Assembly: GCA_016185545.1 (NCBI GenBank)
Contig: JACPNJ010000005.1
Coordinates: 79,013-143,012 of the forward strand
DNA from: Candidatus Yanofskybacteria bacterium
GTDB taxonomy: Bacteria > Patescibacteriota > Minisyncoccia > 2-02-FULL-40-12 > IGHO2-01-FULL-4-A
Direction of reading: 5' to 3'
DNA: 64,000 nt
How positions within the stretch are numbered: the stretch's first letter is position 1; every line of letters starts with the position of its first letter. Under the pieces are notes generated by a model, which made no database searches, was not told where the DNA came from, and saw only the letters and a program-made list of their open reading frames with translations. Position numbers and translations under genes: made by a program. Shown here in pieces: positions 30,344 through 38,585 of this stretch.

Positions 30344-30491
30344 TTATTTTCCGTGACACCTTTGCTTTTTCAATAACCAACCGCAGGCCTGCCCGCCGAA
30401 GCCTCGGCGCAGGCGGGAATTTTCTTTGTTTTAAGCTATTTTCCGTGCTGTGCATCCGTCAATTTGGTCAGATTATAGAAAATGTCATGTG
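30344..30491. repeat. secA-end-like junction element, type A, copy 1
   Basis: Minus strand reads KKQRCHGK-stop at the left end; inverted agaaaatgtcatg at the right end; homologous to 60780-60898. Confidence 0.85.
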
Positions 30492-30564
30492 GACAAAAAT
30501 TTGACAAATTATTACATGCATGCTAACCTTACGACAGAATCAACCAGTTTCTAAGGAGGTGGCT

Positions 30565-30762
30565 ATGCCCTACGATATCGTGGAAGATAAGGACTATACA
30601 GGAGTTCGGTGCAGTGATTGCGGTAAAGTTATAGCTGCAGAATTTTCGCCCTATCACGCGGGAATCGACATTACCCAAAAGATATTCTATGACATTCAGG
30701 ATCATTCCCGAACTTGCCCCAAGACCTCTCGGTCGTCAGATCAAGCCACGGCTCGTGCCTAG
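30565..30762 (+). CDS. Small CxxC...HxxxC Zn-ribbon protein
   Basis: TTGACA-17-TAACCT promoter, AAGGAGGT SD, terminator at 30750-30774. Confidence 0.75.
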   Translation: MPYDIVEDKDYTGVRCSDCGKVIAAEFSPYHAGIDITQKIFYDIQDHSRTCPKTSRSSDQATARA

Positions 30763-30780
30763 CACGGGCTTTTTCTATCC

Positions 30781-30928
30781 CTATGACCCATGACACTTTT
30801 TACACTTTTAATACTGTCATACAAGGATTTTCTTTATTTCCCGCCCGAGGCGGGTCCGCCTCCGGCGGATAAGCCATTTCCCCACCTATGATATGGGCGG
30901 AATTGCCAAAATATAGAAAATATCATGC
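30781..30928. repeat. secA-end-like junction element, type A, copy 2
   Basis: Minus strand reads KCKKCHGS-stop; inverted tatagaaaatatcatg overlaps the next gene's TGA. Confidence 0.8.
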
Positions 30929-31558
30929 AGTTTTTTTGCTTATTGGTTTCATTTCAAAACTGATATACCTCTCACCGAAAACTTCTTTTAACCTTTCTCC
31001 TAATCTCTTATCGCCTTCAGGATATTTACCTTCCTTAGCATGATTAGCCCCAACAATCAGTAAGTATTTTCCCGGCGTCTGTTCATAGCGTCGCTGAAAA
31101 TTGATAAACATATCTTCGTCTCGGGATTCTCCTCTTAGAAAATATCTTTCATTTTTGCGTTTTGATGTTTCTTGATACTCCCCTTCTTTCGTTTTTGACG
31201 AATCGAAACTGATAACTCCTTTTCCGATCTCCTTTACTTTATCGAAGATTTTTAGTAAATCTCTTATACTTTTACCTTCCTTCTCTGCTCCAGCGAAGAA
31301 ATCTTCCAATGTTTTATCCACCTCGCCACTGGCAAGATATTTATCAATCGCTTCTTGATAATCAACCGGCAACTCAACAAATATCTGATTTATCTGGGAA
31401 CCAAACCTATCCAGAAAATTCAAAATCGTTTCGCCGTGCTTACCATGAAATGTCTCTCCTAAAACAACTACATCTCGCCTCTCAAACAAATTTTCGGGAA
31501 ATTGTTCGGCGTTTTCGAGATTAAATTGTTCTCTTTTTATTCTCTCCATGTTTTTCAT
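30923..31558 (-). CDS. Putative EreA/ChaN/TraB-Tiki superfamily protein
   Basis: VVVLGE..H, FVE, RD..M, VGANH pattern. Confidence 0.6.
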   Translation of the reverse strand: MKNMERIKREQFNLENAEQFPENLFERRDVVVLGETFHGKHGETILNFLDRFGSQINQIFVELPVDYQEAIDKYLASGEVDKTLEDFFAGAEKEGKSIRDLLKIFDKVKEIGKGVISFDSSKTKEGEYQETSKRKNERYFLRGESRDEDMFINFQRRYEQTPGKYLLIVGANHAKEGKYPEGDKRLGERLKEVFGERYISFEMKPISKKTA

Positions 31559-31561
31559 ATT

Positions 31562-31688
31562 TCACGCCCCATGACACTTCTTATCCTCCTTCGCTACCTC
31601 CTTCGCCAAGGCTTCGGAAGGTCAAAGAAAGCTACGGAAGGATTGCGAGATGTCACTTACCGTGACATCTCTTATATTTCTTACACAT
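31562..31688. repeat. secA-end-like junction element, type B, copy 1
   Basis: Minus strand reads KKYKRCHGK-stop (31653-31682) and KKCHGA-stop (31562-31582); 31581-31658 is identical to 60708-60785. Confidence 0.9.
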
Positions 31689-31706
31689 TGTGCTTGGCTC
31701 TTAGGA

Positions 31707-32540
31707 TTATAAAAAACTTGCGACCAAATACCCGACTATACTCATCAACGCTATCGGCGGTAAGGCCGCCATGGGACGGCGGGTTGCTTGATTAGTAAAT
31801 ATTAGGTGCATCAAAAGCAGTCCGAGAATTGAAAATAAAGCAACCGTAACCGCAGACAATAGGGAAATCCTGACTAATGACGCGGAAAGCAAAAGCGGAA
31901 AAATTACATCGCCGGAACCAAGAATCATAAAACCCCCACCGGGAATAACACTAGCAATTTTGTGCCTGACGGTATGGCCCAATTCTGGGATAACAAATCC
32001 GAATATCGCCCTCGACTCTATCATGGCCTGGGCAAGTTTGATCATATGGCCTGTCTTATAAACAGAGATAATGTCATAAAAAGAAAATAAAACAAGGATA
32101 TAAATGACTGTCATCGGCAAAAGTGAAATGCCTAAAACGGCCCCGATGCCGGCAATTGTCAAAATCATTGCTGAGTTTTGGGTTATTATATTTTGAAATA
32201 GCCAAAAAACGGTTACAATCGCTATCGCCACAAAGATGGATGCCAATGAATTTAACCAAATCCCCAAAATTGCTTGGGTTCCGGAAAAAATTAAAAAAGA
32301 AAGGAAAAATTTAAAAAACCATGAGCCGACGCGCTTAAATTTGGCCACAACCAGAAAAAATACAACGAGAATAACCGCGAGAATTAAAAAGCCGCTGACA
32401 GAATAATCGCCCCAGCCCACCGACTCTGCCAAAATCGTTTCCGGCAAAAATTTATAAGCCGCGTAAATCCCCAGCACTTGCGTCAACCCAAAAGGCACCA
32501 GTACTCTCAAAAAATTGTTGAATTTAAACTTGATGGACAT
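31707..32540 (-). CDS. Presenilin/SPP-family intramembrane aspartyl protease
   Basis: YD..SV..T.HM, LGSGD, P.AALP motifs. Confidence 0.88.
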   Translation of the reverse strand: MSIKFKFNNFLRVLVPFGLTQVLGIYAAYKFLPETILAESVGWGDYSVSGFLILAVILVVFFLVVAKFKRVGSWFFKFFLSFLIFSGTQAILGIWLNSLASIFVAIAIVTVFWLFQNIITQNSAMILTIAGIGAVLGISLLPMTVIYILVLFSFYDIISVYKTGHMIKLAQAMIESRAIFGFVIPELGHTVRHKIASVIPGGGFMILGSGDVIFPLLLSASLVRISLLSAVTVALFSILGLLLMHLIFTNQATRRPMAALPPIALMSIVGYLVASFL

Positions 32541-32653
32541 TTACAAAATCATTGCTCTAATGTAAATCTCAAAATGTAAAATGACAGTTAAAAATTTGAA
32601 ATTTTACGCTTTAATTTTGCATTTTGATTTTTAAATTTTGAATTTAGTTCGCC

Positions 32654-33091
32654 TTATGGGCGAACGATTACCGTCCCCTCTTCATTCAGATTGCGCGCGC
32701 TATGATAACCGAAAATTCCCGTTTGGCTGAAAGTATATGTAAAAACACTCTTGGGCGGGATTTCGCCGACACTGTCAAAACCAGCCAAATCAAGGACACC
32801 ATTGGTTAAATCAGAAATTATTCGCATCGAGGTGCTGCCGTCGTTTTGAAATCTCACACTATCACCGACGTGAATTCTTATATTTGTCGGGCTAAAAACC
32901 CCCAAACCGTAGAAAACGGTGTAGGTTCTGGGCTGTCTAGTATTTGTTTGGCGACCGGAAAAAGCCTGGCCATTATTGGCCAGTGATGGATTATTGCGAC
33001 TAAAATACAAAACCGCCCAAGCAAAACCGGTCAATACTAAAATAATAAAAAGCCACATGACACCCTTGGGTTTGAAGTCTGAGTCCGACAT
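32654..33091 (-). CDS. Membrane-anchored cupredoxin-fold protein
   Basis: FSP..I.I.VGD.V.F.N, YTF...G.F.YH, G.VIV. Confidence 0.75.
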   Translation of the reverse strand: MSDSDFKPKGVMWLFIILVLTGFAWAVLYFSRNNPSLANNGQAFSGRQTNTRQPRTYTVFYGLGVFSPTNIRIHVGDSVRFQNDGSTSMRIISDLTNGVLDLAGFDSVGEIPPKSVFTYTFSQTGIFGYHSARNLNEEGTVIVRP

Positions 33092-33140
33092 ATTTGTATT
33101 CTAACATAAAACCGACTGTTTGTGCCAATAAAAAGCCTCT

Positions 33141-33638
33141 CTAAGAGGCTAATTTTGATTCCCAAAATTTATTTATTTTTTCTATCGCACAATGAAGATT
33201 ATGACAGCGATTTGTTCCATAATTTTTACTAGATATCTCAAGAACAAAAATTATGTTCTCCCCATCAGAAACTGAATCTTCATAAAAATCTAGTTTAAAT
33301 TTATTTATATTGGTCCTTTCTGCTTTTTTATACGCTACAGGAGCATCATTTTCTAAAAAATCCTCATCTTTAGTAACTAAAACAAAAAATGGTTTCTTGG
33401 TAACATTATTCCAGCGTTTATTTTTGCGAATGTATTGAAAAAAATATTGTAATACCTGAAAATCATCTAATCGAAAGAGCGCATTCCCTGGATGAAATGC
33501 CTCAGCCTTAAAGAAAAATCGGTGAACGCAAAAGACCAATTCTTTGTCGCTGCAATTACTGCTGCATGTTTCCATCTTGGGCATATTCGCATCAAAGAAA
33601 ACCACTACGTCAACCGGATCACTTATTTCGTCGCCCAA
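33141..33638 (-). CDS. PIN-like domain hypothetical protein
   Basis: FFDANMP and LVTKDEDF resemble DUF5615/Mut7-C PIN motifs; GGGAG SD. Confidence 0.55.
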   Translation of the reverse strand: MGDEISDPVDVVVFFDANMPKMETCSSNCSDKELVFCVHRFFFKAEAFHPGNALFRLDDFQVLQYFFQYIRKNKRWNNVTKKPFFVLVTKDEDFLENDAPVAYKKAERTNINKFKLDFYEDSVSDGENIIFVLEISSKNYGTNRCHNLHCAIEKINKFWESKLAS

Positions 33639-33732
33639 ATGATTCTCCCCATATTTGTAAAAAAACTTAATATAATTCTATTTTTAGAATAATCCCCTGA
33701 TAAATAAAAATCAAGGGTTGACCTTACGCACT

Positions 33733-35007
33733 TTATGAAAGCAATTCCAAAACTATTTCTTTATCTGACCATGAAATCTTTTTCCCTCCAGCCACAGCCA
33801 TTAAATTCTCGGACCCCTTGCCGGTTATTACGACTATATCATCAACTTGAGCTAGAACTAAGGCTTTTCTGATTGCCTCTTTGCGGTCTAGAATTTTGGT
33901 ATAGTTTTCAGTTTGCGAGAACCCCGAAGCAATTTGTTCCAAAATTGCCTCGGGGTTCTCGTCATAAGGGTCCTCGTTCGTCAAAATCACCTCATTGCAA
34001 TATTTGGCCGCGATCTTGCCAAACTCAGGCCGCTTCCATTTGTCCCGACCGCCGCCGGCTGCCCCCAATACACAGATGAGTTTATTACGAGGTTCAACCT
34101 CAACAGAAATATGGGGTTGGTTTCTTAGGGTTTTGTAAACCAGTTCCAATGAATCCGGCGTGTGAGCATAATCAATAATTACATTAAAACCTTTCGGCGC
34201 ATGAATGATTTCCATTCTGCCTGGTATTGATTTGATTGAATTTAGCGACGCTACCGCTTTATTCATATCAAGATTATAAGCATGCGCTACGGCCAATGCC
34301 GCCAAGGCGTTATATTCGTTAAAATCCCCCAGCAATTTTAAGTTAAGTTTTTCATTTTTCGTTTTTAGCTTTTCACTTGTTATCATCCCCCATTTTTTGC
34401 CATATGTTACTTTGTGTTGCGCCGTAAAATTGGCAAATTTTTCAAAATACGGATCGTCAATGTTAAGTACGTGGATATTGCCAGTTTTCAGAAAAAGTTT
34501 CTGCTTGGCGGCCATATAATTTTCAAATGAGCCATGGCTTTCCAAATGTTCACGGTGCAAATTGGTAAAAACGGCACAATCAATTTTGACACCAGCCAGA
34601 CGATTTTGGACAATACCCTCTGAAGTGGCTTCGAGCACCACGTATCGACAACCGGCTTTTTTTGCCTGATATAAAAATTTCTGCAACTTGAGTCGCCCCG
34701 GCAAAGTCATTTTTAGCGTATTGGGCCATGTCCGTTCTTTTATCTTAAACCCGAGCGACCCCACTGCCGCCACCGACAGCCCCTGCTCCTCAAAAATCTT
34801 GCTTATCATATAAACCGTCGTTGATTTGCCCTTAGTCCCGGTAACTGCTATCACCCTCATCGCCTGCGACGGAAAACCATAAATCGCTGCCCCCAGCATT
34901 ACCAGCCCCCAATGATAAACCGGCTGTGCCAATTTAAAAATCCGCCGCGGTAACACGGCGCGCCCCAAACCTAGCAATTTGTTTAGTAATCGGTTCTCTT
35001 GAAACAC
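33733..35007 (-). CDS. murE: UDP-MurNAc-tripeptide synthetase
   Basis: TGTKGKST, EATS, FTNL..EH, GRME, DYAHTPDS, GKGSE. Confidence 0.93.
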   Translation of the reverse strand: MFQENRLLNKLLGLGRAVLPRRIFKLAQPVYHWGLVMLGAAIYGFPSQAMRVIAVTGTKGKSTTVYMISKIFEEQGLSVAAVGSLGFKIKERTWPNTLKMTLPGRLKLQKFLYQAKKAGCRYVVLEATSEGIVQNRLAGVKIDCAVFTNLHREHLESHGSFENYMAAKQKLFLKTGNIHVLNIDDPYFEKFANFTAQHKVTYGKKWGMITSEKLKTKNEKLNLKLLGDFNEYNALAALAVAHAYNLDMNKAVASLNSIKSIPGRMEIIHAPKGFNVIIDYAHTPDSLELVYKTLRNQPHISVEVEPRNKLICVLGAAGGGRDKWKRPEFGKIAAKYCNEVILTNEDPYDENPEAILEQIASGFSQTENYTKILDRKEAIRKALVLAQVDDIVVITGKGSENLMAVAGGKKISWSDKEIVLELLS

Positions 35008-35033
35008 AAAAATACTTTACCACAAATTCTTTA

Positions 35034-35061
35034 TTGACGGAATTTTAAGACATGCTAAACT
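35034..35061 (+). promoter_or_regulatory. Sigma70-type promoter of the prkA operon
   Basis: TTGACG-16-TAAACT with an extended TG. Confidence 0.6.
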
Positions 35062-35100
35062 CAATAAAACGGTTAAGTACCTTAAAAATGAGGTGGTAAA

Positions 35101-37233
35101 ATGAATCCGGATCAAAAAGTATTCACCCTGGAAGAGTTGGAATCGGGTCAATATGATTCAAGGCTTTATCAGGAAATGGATTTCGGCGAACTGCTTAAAT
35201 TCGCTCAGGCAAATCCACATGTTTCTTACTCGGCTTATCAGAAGATGTTGCAAACAATTTTAAGCTATGGCTTTGAGAAATATAAATTTACCAGGCGCGA
35301 TTTTATCCATTATCCGTTTTTCGACGACCCGTTTAATAACGGACGGGATGCCGTATTCGGTCTTGATAAACAAATGATGAGATTGGCAGAGGTATTTAAA
35401 GCGGGTGCGGCCCGTTTGGGCCAAGAAAGGCGTATTATATTGCTTCATGGCCCAGTCGGATCTTCCAAAACAACTATTGCAAGACTCCTGCGGAATGGAC
35501 TTCAAAAATTCACCCAAACCAATGAAGGGCAGCTGTTTACTTATTCATGGGTCCCACGCGACGACGAAGATAAAGAAATTATGGGCTTGGCTAAAAGTTC
35601 TCTCAAAGAATTGCGCTGCCCGGTGCATGAAGATCCGCTGTTGCTTTTACCGGAAGACACGCGAATAAAAATTATGTCGGCTATGAATAATACTTCCATC
35701 TACGACCGCAAAGAATCCAAAGAGCGTCCTCGACGGCCTGAAGAACTGGTATTTTTGGAAGGTGAAATATGCCCCCTATGCCGGTTGGTTTATAAAGAGC
35801 TGCTGCGCAAACAAAAAGGTGACTGGAAAAAAGTTGTAAGCGATTACTTGAAGGTGCGCCGGCTTATTTTTTCAGAAGTTGACCGCATTGGTATCGGCTC
35901 GTTCAGACCAAAAGACGAGAAAAACCAGGATTCCACTGAACTTTCTGGCGATATCAACTATCGTAAAATCGCCGAATTCGGTTCCGAATCGGATCCGCGG
36001 GCATTTAATTTTGACGGGGAATTCCAAGTTTCCAATCGCGGCTTCTTCTATGTGGAAGAGGCATTCAAACTGGATAAGGCGTTTCTTTATGATTTCCTTG
36101 GCGCTACCCAGGAGCACAGGATTAAGCCCAAGCGCTTTCCTGAAATGTATGTTGATTGCGTCTATATGGGCGGCACCAATAATCCGGAATATGAAAAGCT
36201 ACGCGACGATGAAACAATGGAGGCGTTCCGGGACCGCACTACCAGAATTGATGTGCCTTATGTTCTAAAACTCGCCCAAGAAGAACGGATTTATAAAAAG
36301 GTGTATAAAGAAGTTCCCGGGCAAAAACATATCGCGCCGCATACGATAGAAATGGCATCTCTCTGGGCTCTGCTTACAAGGGTGAAAAAATCTAATAAAC
36401 CGCAAACGCAGGGCATTTCCCTGCGCAATAAAATCAGATTGTATGACGGCAAAACAGTTTCAGGCTTTACCGAGGAACATATTCACGACCTGATGTTTGA
36501 AAATCCCGACGAGGGAATGCAGGGAATCTCGCCGCGCTATATTCAAGACCAGATAGGCAATGCAATTGTTGAGGATACGGATGTGCACTGCATTTCCTGG
36601 TTCACGGTTAAAAAAGAACTGGAGGAAGGGCTTAATTCCCACTCCCTGTTAAAGGGCAGCCAACGGCTTCAGGATTATAAAAATCTACTGGCGGAAGTGG
36701 AAGAAGAATTTACCGAAACGGTTAAGGGCGAAGTTCAGGAAGCGGTTGCCGGTGACGAAAAAGATGTTGATATTTTATTCAATAAATATATTGAGAATGT
36801 AATTGCTTATATAAACAAGGAAAAAATTGAGGATCACCGAGGCGAACTCGTAGAGCCGGATGAGCAATTGATGAGCGAGATTGAAGAGAAAGCCGGCGTA
36901 TCCGCAAGCGGAAAAGACGAATACCGGGCAAGGCTGGTCCAGTCAATGGGAACTTTTGCCAGACGCAAAAGATCGTTTGACTACAAGTCCGACGAGCAAC
37001 TCTGCCGCGGCTTGAAATTAAAACTTTTTGAAGACAGAAAAGACACCATCAACTTGTCCACTTTGCATACGCGGGTGATAGACCCGGAAGAGCAGGAAAA
37101 AATTGAAGTGATAAAGAAGAGGATGGTTGAACGGTTTGGTTATTGCCAGATTTGCGCAACCTTGGTAATGAACCACGTGGCTTCCATCTGGGCCAGCGGA
37201 ACCAAAGCCAAACAGCTGGCTCTCAATTCATAA
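35101..37233 (+). CDS. prkA: PrkA/YeaG-family AAA+ serine protein kinase
   Basis: LLHGPVGSSKT, CPVHEDPL, PKDEKNQD, SDPRAF, EG..GISPR. Confidence 0.93.
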   Translation: MNPDQKVFTLEELESGQYDSRLYQEMDFGELLKFAQANPHVSYSAYQKMLQTILSYGFEKYKFTRRDFIHYPFFDDPFNNGRDAVFGLDKQMMRLAEVFKAGAARLGQERRIILLHGPVGSSKTTIARLLRNGLQKFTQTNEGQLFTYSWVPRDDEDKEIMGLAKSSLKELRCPVHEDPLLLLPEDTRIKIMSAMNNTSIYDRKESKERPRRPEELVFLEGEICPLCRLVYKELLRKQKGDWKKVVSDYLKVRRLIFSEVDRIGIGSFRPKDEKNQDSTELSGDINYRKIAEFGSESDPRAFNFDGEFQVSNRGFFYVEEAFKLDKAFLYDFLGATQEHRIKPKRFPEMYVDCVYMGGTNNPEYEKLRDDETMEAFRDRTTRIDVPYVLKLAQEERIYKKVYKEVPGQKHIAPHTIEMASLWALLTRVKKSNKPQTQGISLRNKIRLYDGKTVSGFTEEHIHDLMFENPDEGMQGISPRYIQDQIGNAIVEDTDVHCISWFTVKKELEEGLNSHSLLKGSQRLQDYKNLLAEVEEEFTETVKGEVQEAVAGDEKDVDILFNKYIENVIAYINKEKIEDHRGELVEPDEQLMSEIEEKAGVSASGKDEYRARLVQSMGTFARRKRSFDYKSDEQLCRGLKLKLFEDRKDTINLSTLHTRVIDPEEQEKIEVIKKRMVERFGYCQICATLVMNHVASIWASGTKAKQLALNS

Positions 37234-37319
37234 GCGGTTACCGCCGCTTTTTTTATTTGATTTTTCTCTATCTTGAGTTATTATTCCAAAGAAGCACTTT
37301 GACAATAAAAGGAGCGGCT

Positions 37320-38576
37320 ATGGCTGGCAGAATAAACCAAGATGAAAAAGAGTTTCTGGATATTATAAGAGGCAAACTTCGCAAAGACCTCTTGAAATTC
37401 ATACAAAAGGGCCAGATTACTATTGTGGGACCAGGACACGGAATTGCCATACCTCTGGAAACCATTCAAATTCCACGCATACACTTCGCTCCCATTCCTC
37501 CAGATGCCGAGATAAAAGAGGGCGAAAATGGGAACAGCGAAGATATCGGTTCTGATATCGGCGTGGGCAAGGGACCGGGAAAGCCGGGAACAGATTTAGG
37601 ACCGGTTGAACCGGATGAAGACGATGAAAATGGCGAAGGTAAAGAAGGTGGTGAAAGGCAGGCCGGATTGGGCCGCGGTCCTGAAATTGTTGAAATTGAA
37701 ATTCCGTCGGAAGAGTTTTATGAACTTTTTAAAGAGGTCCTTGAACTGCCCAATATTAAACCCAAGGGCGAAAGACAAATAAAAACCGAATCCTGGAAAT
37801 ATACGGATATCAGATCGGCGGGTCCGGAATCGCTCCGCCACAAAAAACGCACCTACAAGCAGGCATTAAAAAGGACGATATCCGAAGGCCAATACAATCC
37901 GGATGAGCCGGTGATAATTCCAATCAGCCAAGACAAACGTTACCGCGTCCCAGAACTAGTAACCAAACCGAAGAACAACGCCGTGGTCTTTAACATGATG
38001 GATGTTTCTGGATCAATGTCCAGGGACGACAGAGAGTTGGTCAGATATTTCTGCGCTTTGTGCGAATTTTGGCTTTCGTGCAACTATGACGGCGTTGAGA
38101 TTGTCTGGATAATCCATGACGGCGAAGCGGATAGAGTAACCAGAGAAGCATTTTTATCTACCCAGCGTGGCGGCGGCACGGTTATTTCAACCGCCCATAA
38201 AAAAATGCTTGAGATTATGGAAGAAGAATATCCGCCGGAACAGTGGAATGTTTACCCATTTTATTTTTCAGATGGTTTCAATTTCGGTAATTTTGACGGC
38301 ATAGACGACAATGAAATCTGCGCTCATCTTATTGGTGATAGAATCATCCCTTTTGTCAATCAATACTCTTATTGTGAGGTAAGCGCTCACAGATATTGGT
38401 GGCCTTCCAATGGCAAGGGCGAGCGCGACCCGAGCCAGAAATTCCATCCTGCCGGCAGTTTCGGACTTATGCTCTTGGAAAAATTCGAGGGCGAACTGCT
38501 GGTCGTATGCACCAATCTGCAGGAAATGGAAAAAGTGCCGAACACCATTAAAGATGTTTTTAAACAAGGCCGATAA
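37320..38576 (+). CDS. yeaH: DUF444 / YeaH-YhbH vWA-like protein
   Basis: MMDVSGSM, GGT.IS.A, WNVY.FYFSDG.N; AAGGAG SD before ATG at 37320. Confidence 0.9.
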   Translation: MAGRINQDEKEFLDIIRGKLRKDLLKFIQKGQITIVGPGHGIAIPLETIQIPRIHFAPIPPDAEIKEGENGNSEDIGSDIGVGKGPGKPGTDLGPVEPDEDDENGEGKEGGERQAGLGRGPEIVEIEIPSEEFYELFKEVLELPNIKPKGERQIKTESWKYTDIRSAGPESLRHKKRTYKQALKRTISEGQYNPDEPVIIPISQDKRYRVPELVTKPKNNAVVFNMMDVSGSMSRDDRELVRYFCALCEFWLSCNYDGVEIVWIIHDGEADRVTREAFLSTQRGGGTVISTAHKKMLEIMEEEYPPEQWNVYPFYFSDGFNFGNFDGIDDNEICAHLIGDRIIPFVNQYSYCEVSAHRYWWPSNGKGERDPSQKFHPAGSFGLMLLEKFEGELLVVCTNLQEMEKVPNTIKDVFKQGR

Positions 38577-38585
38577 GGAGGGCTT

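Noticed and set aside
37143-37319. N-terminal extension of the DUF444 ORF
   Set aside because: It overlaps prkA and a terminator-like hairpin; the SD supports ATG at 37320. Likewise the longest-ORF starts for greA, mrdA, proS, mgtC, flotillin and others were shortened.
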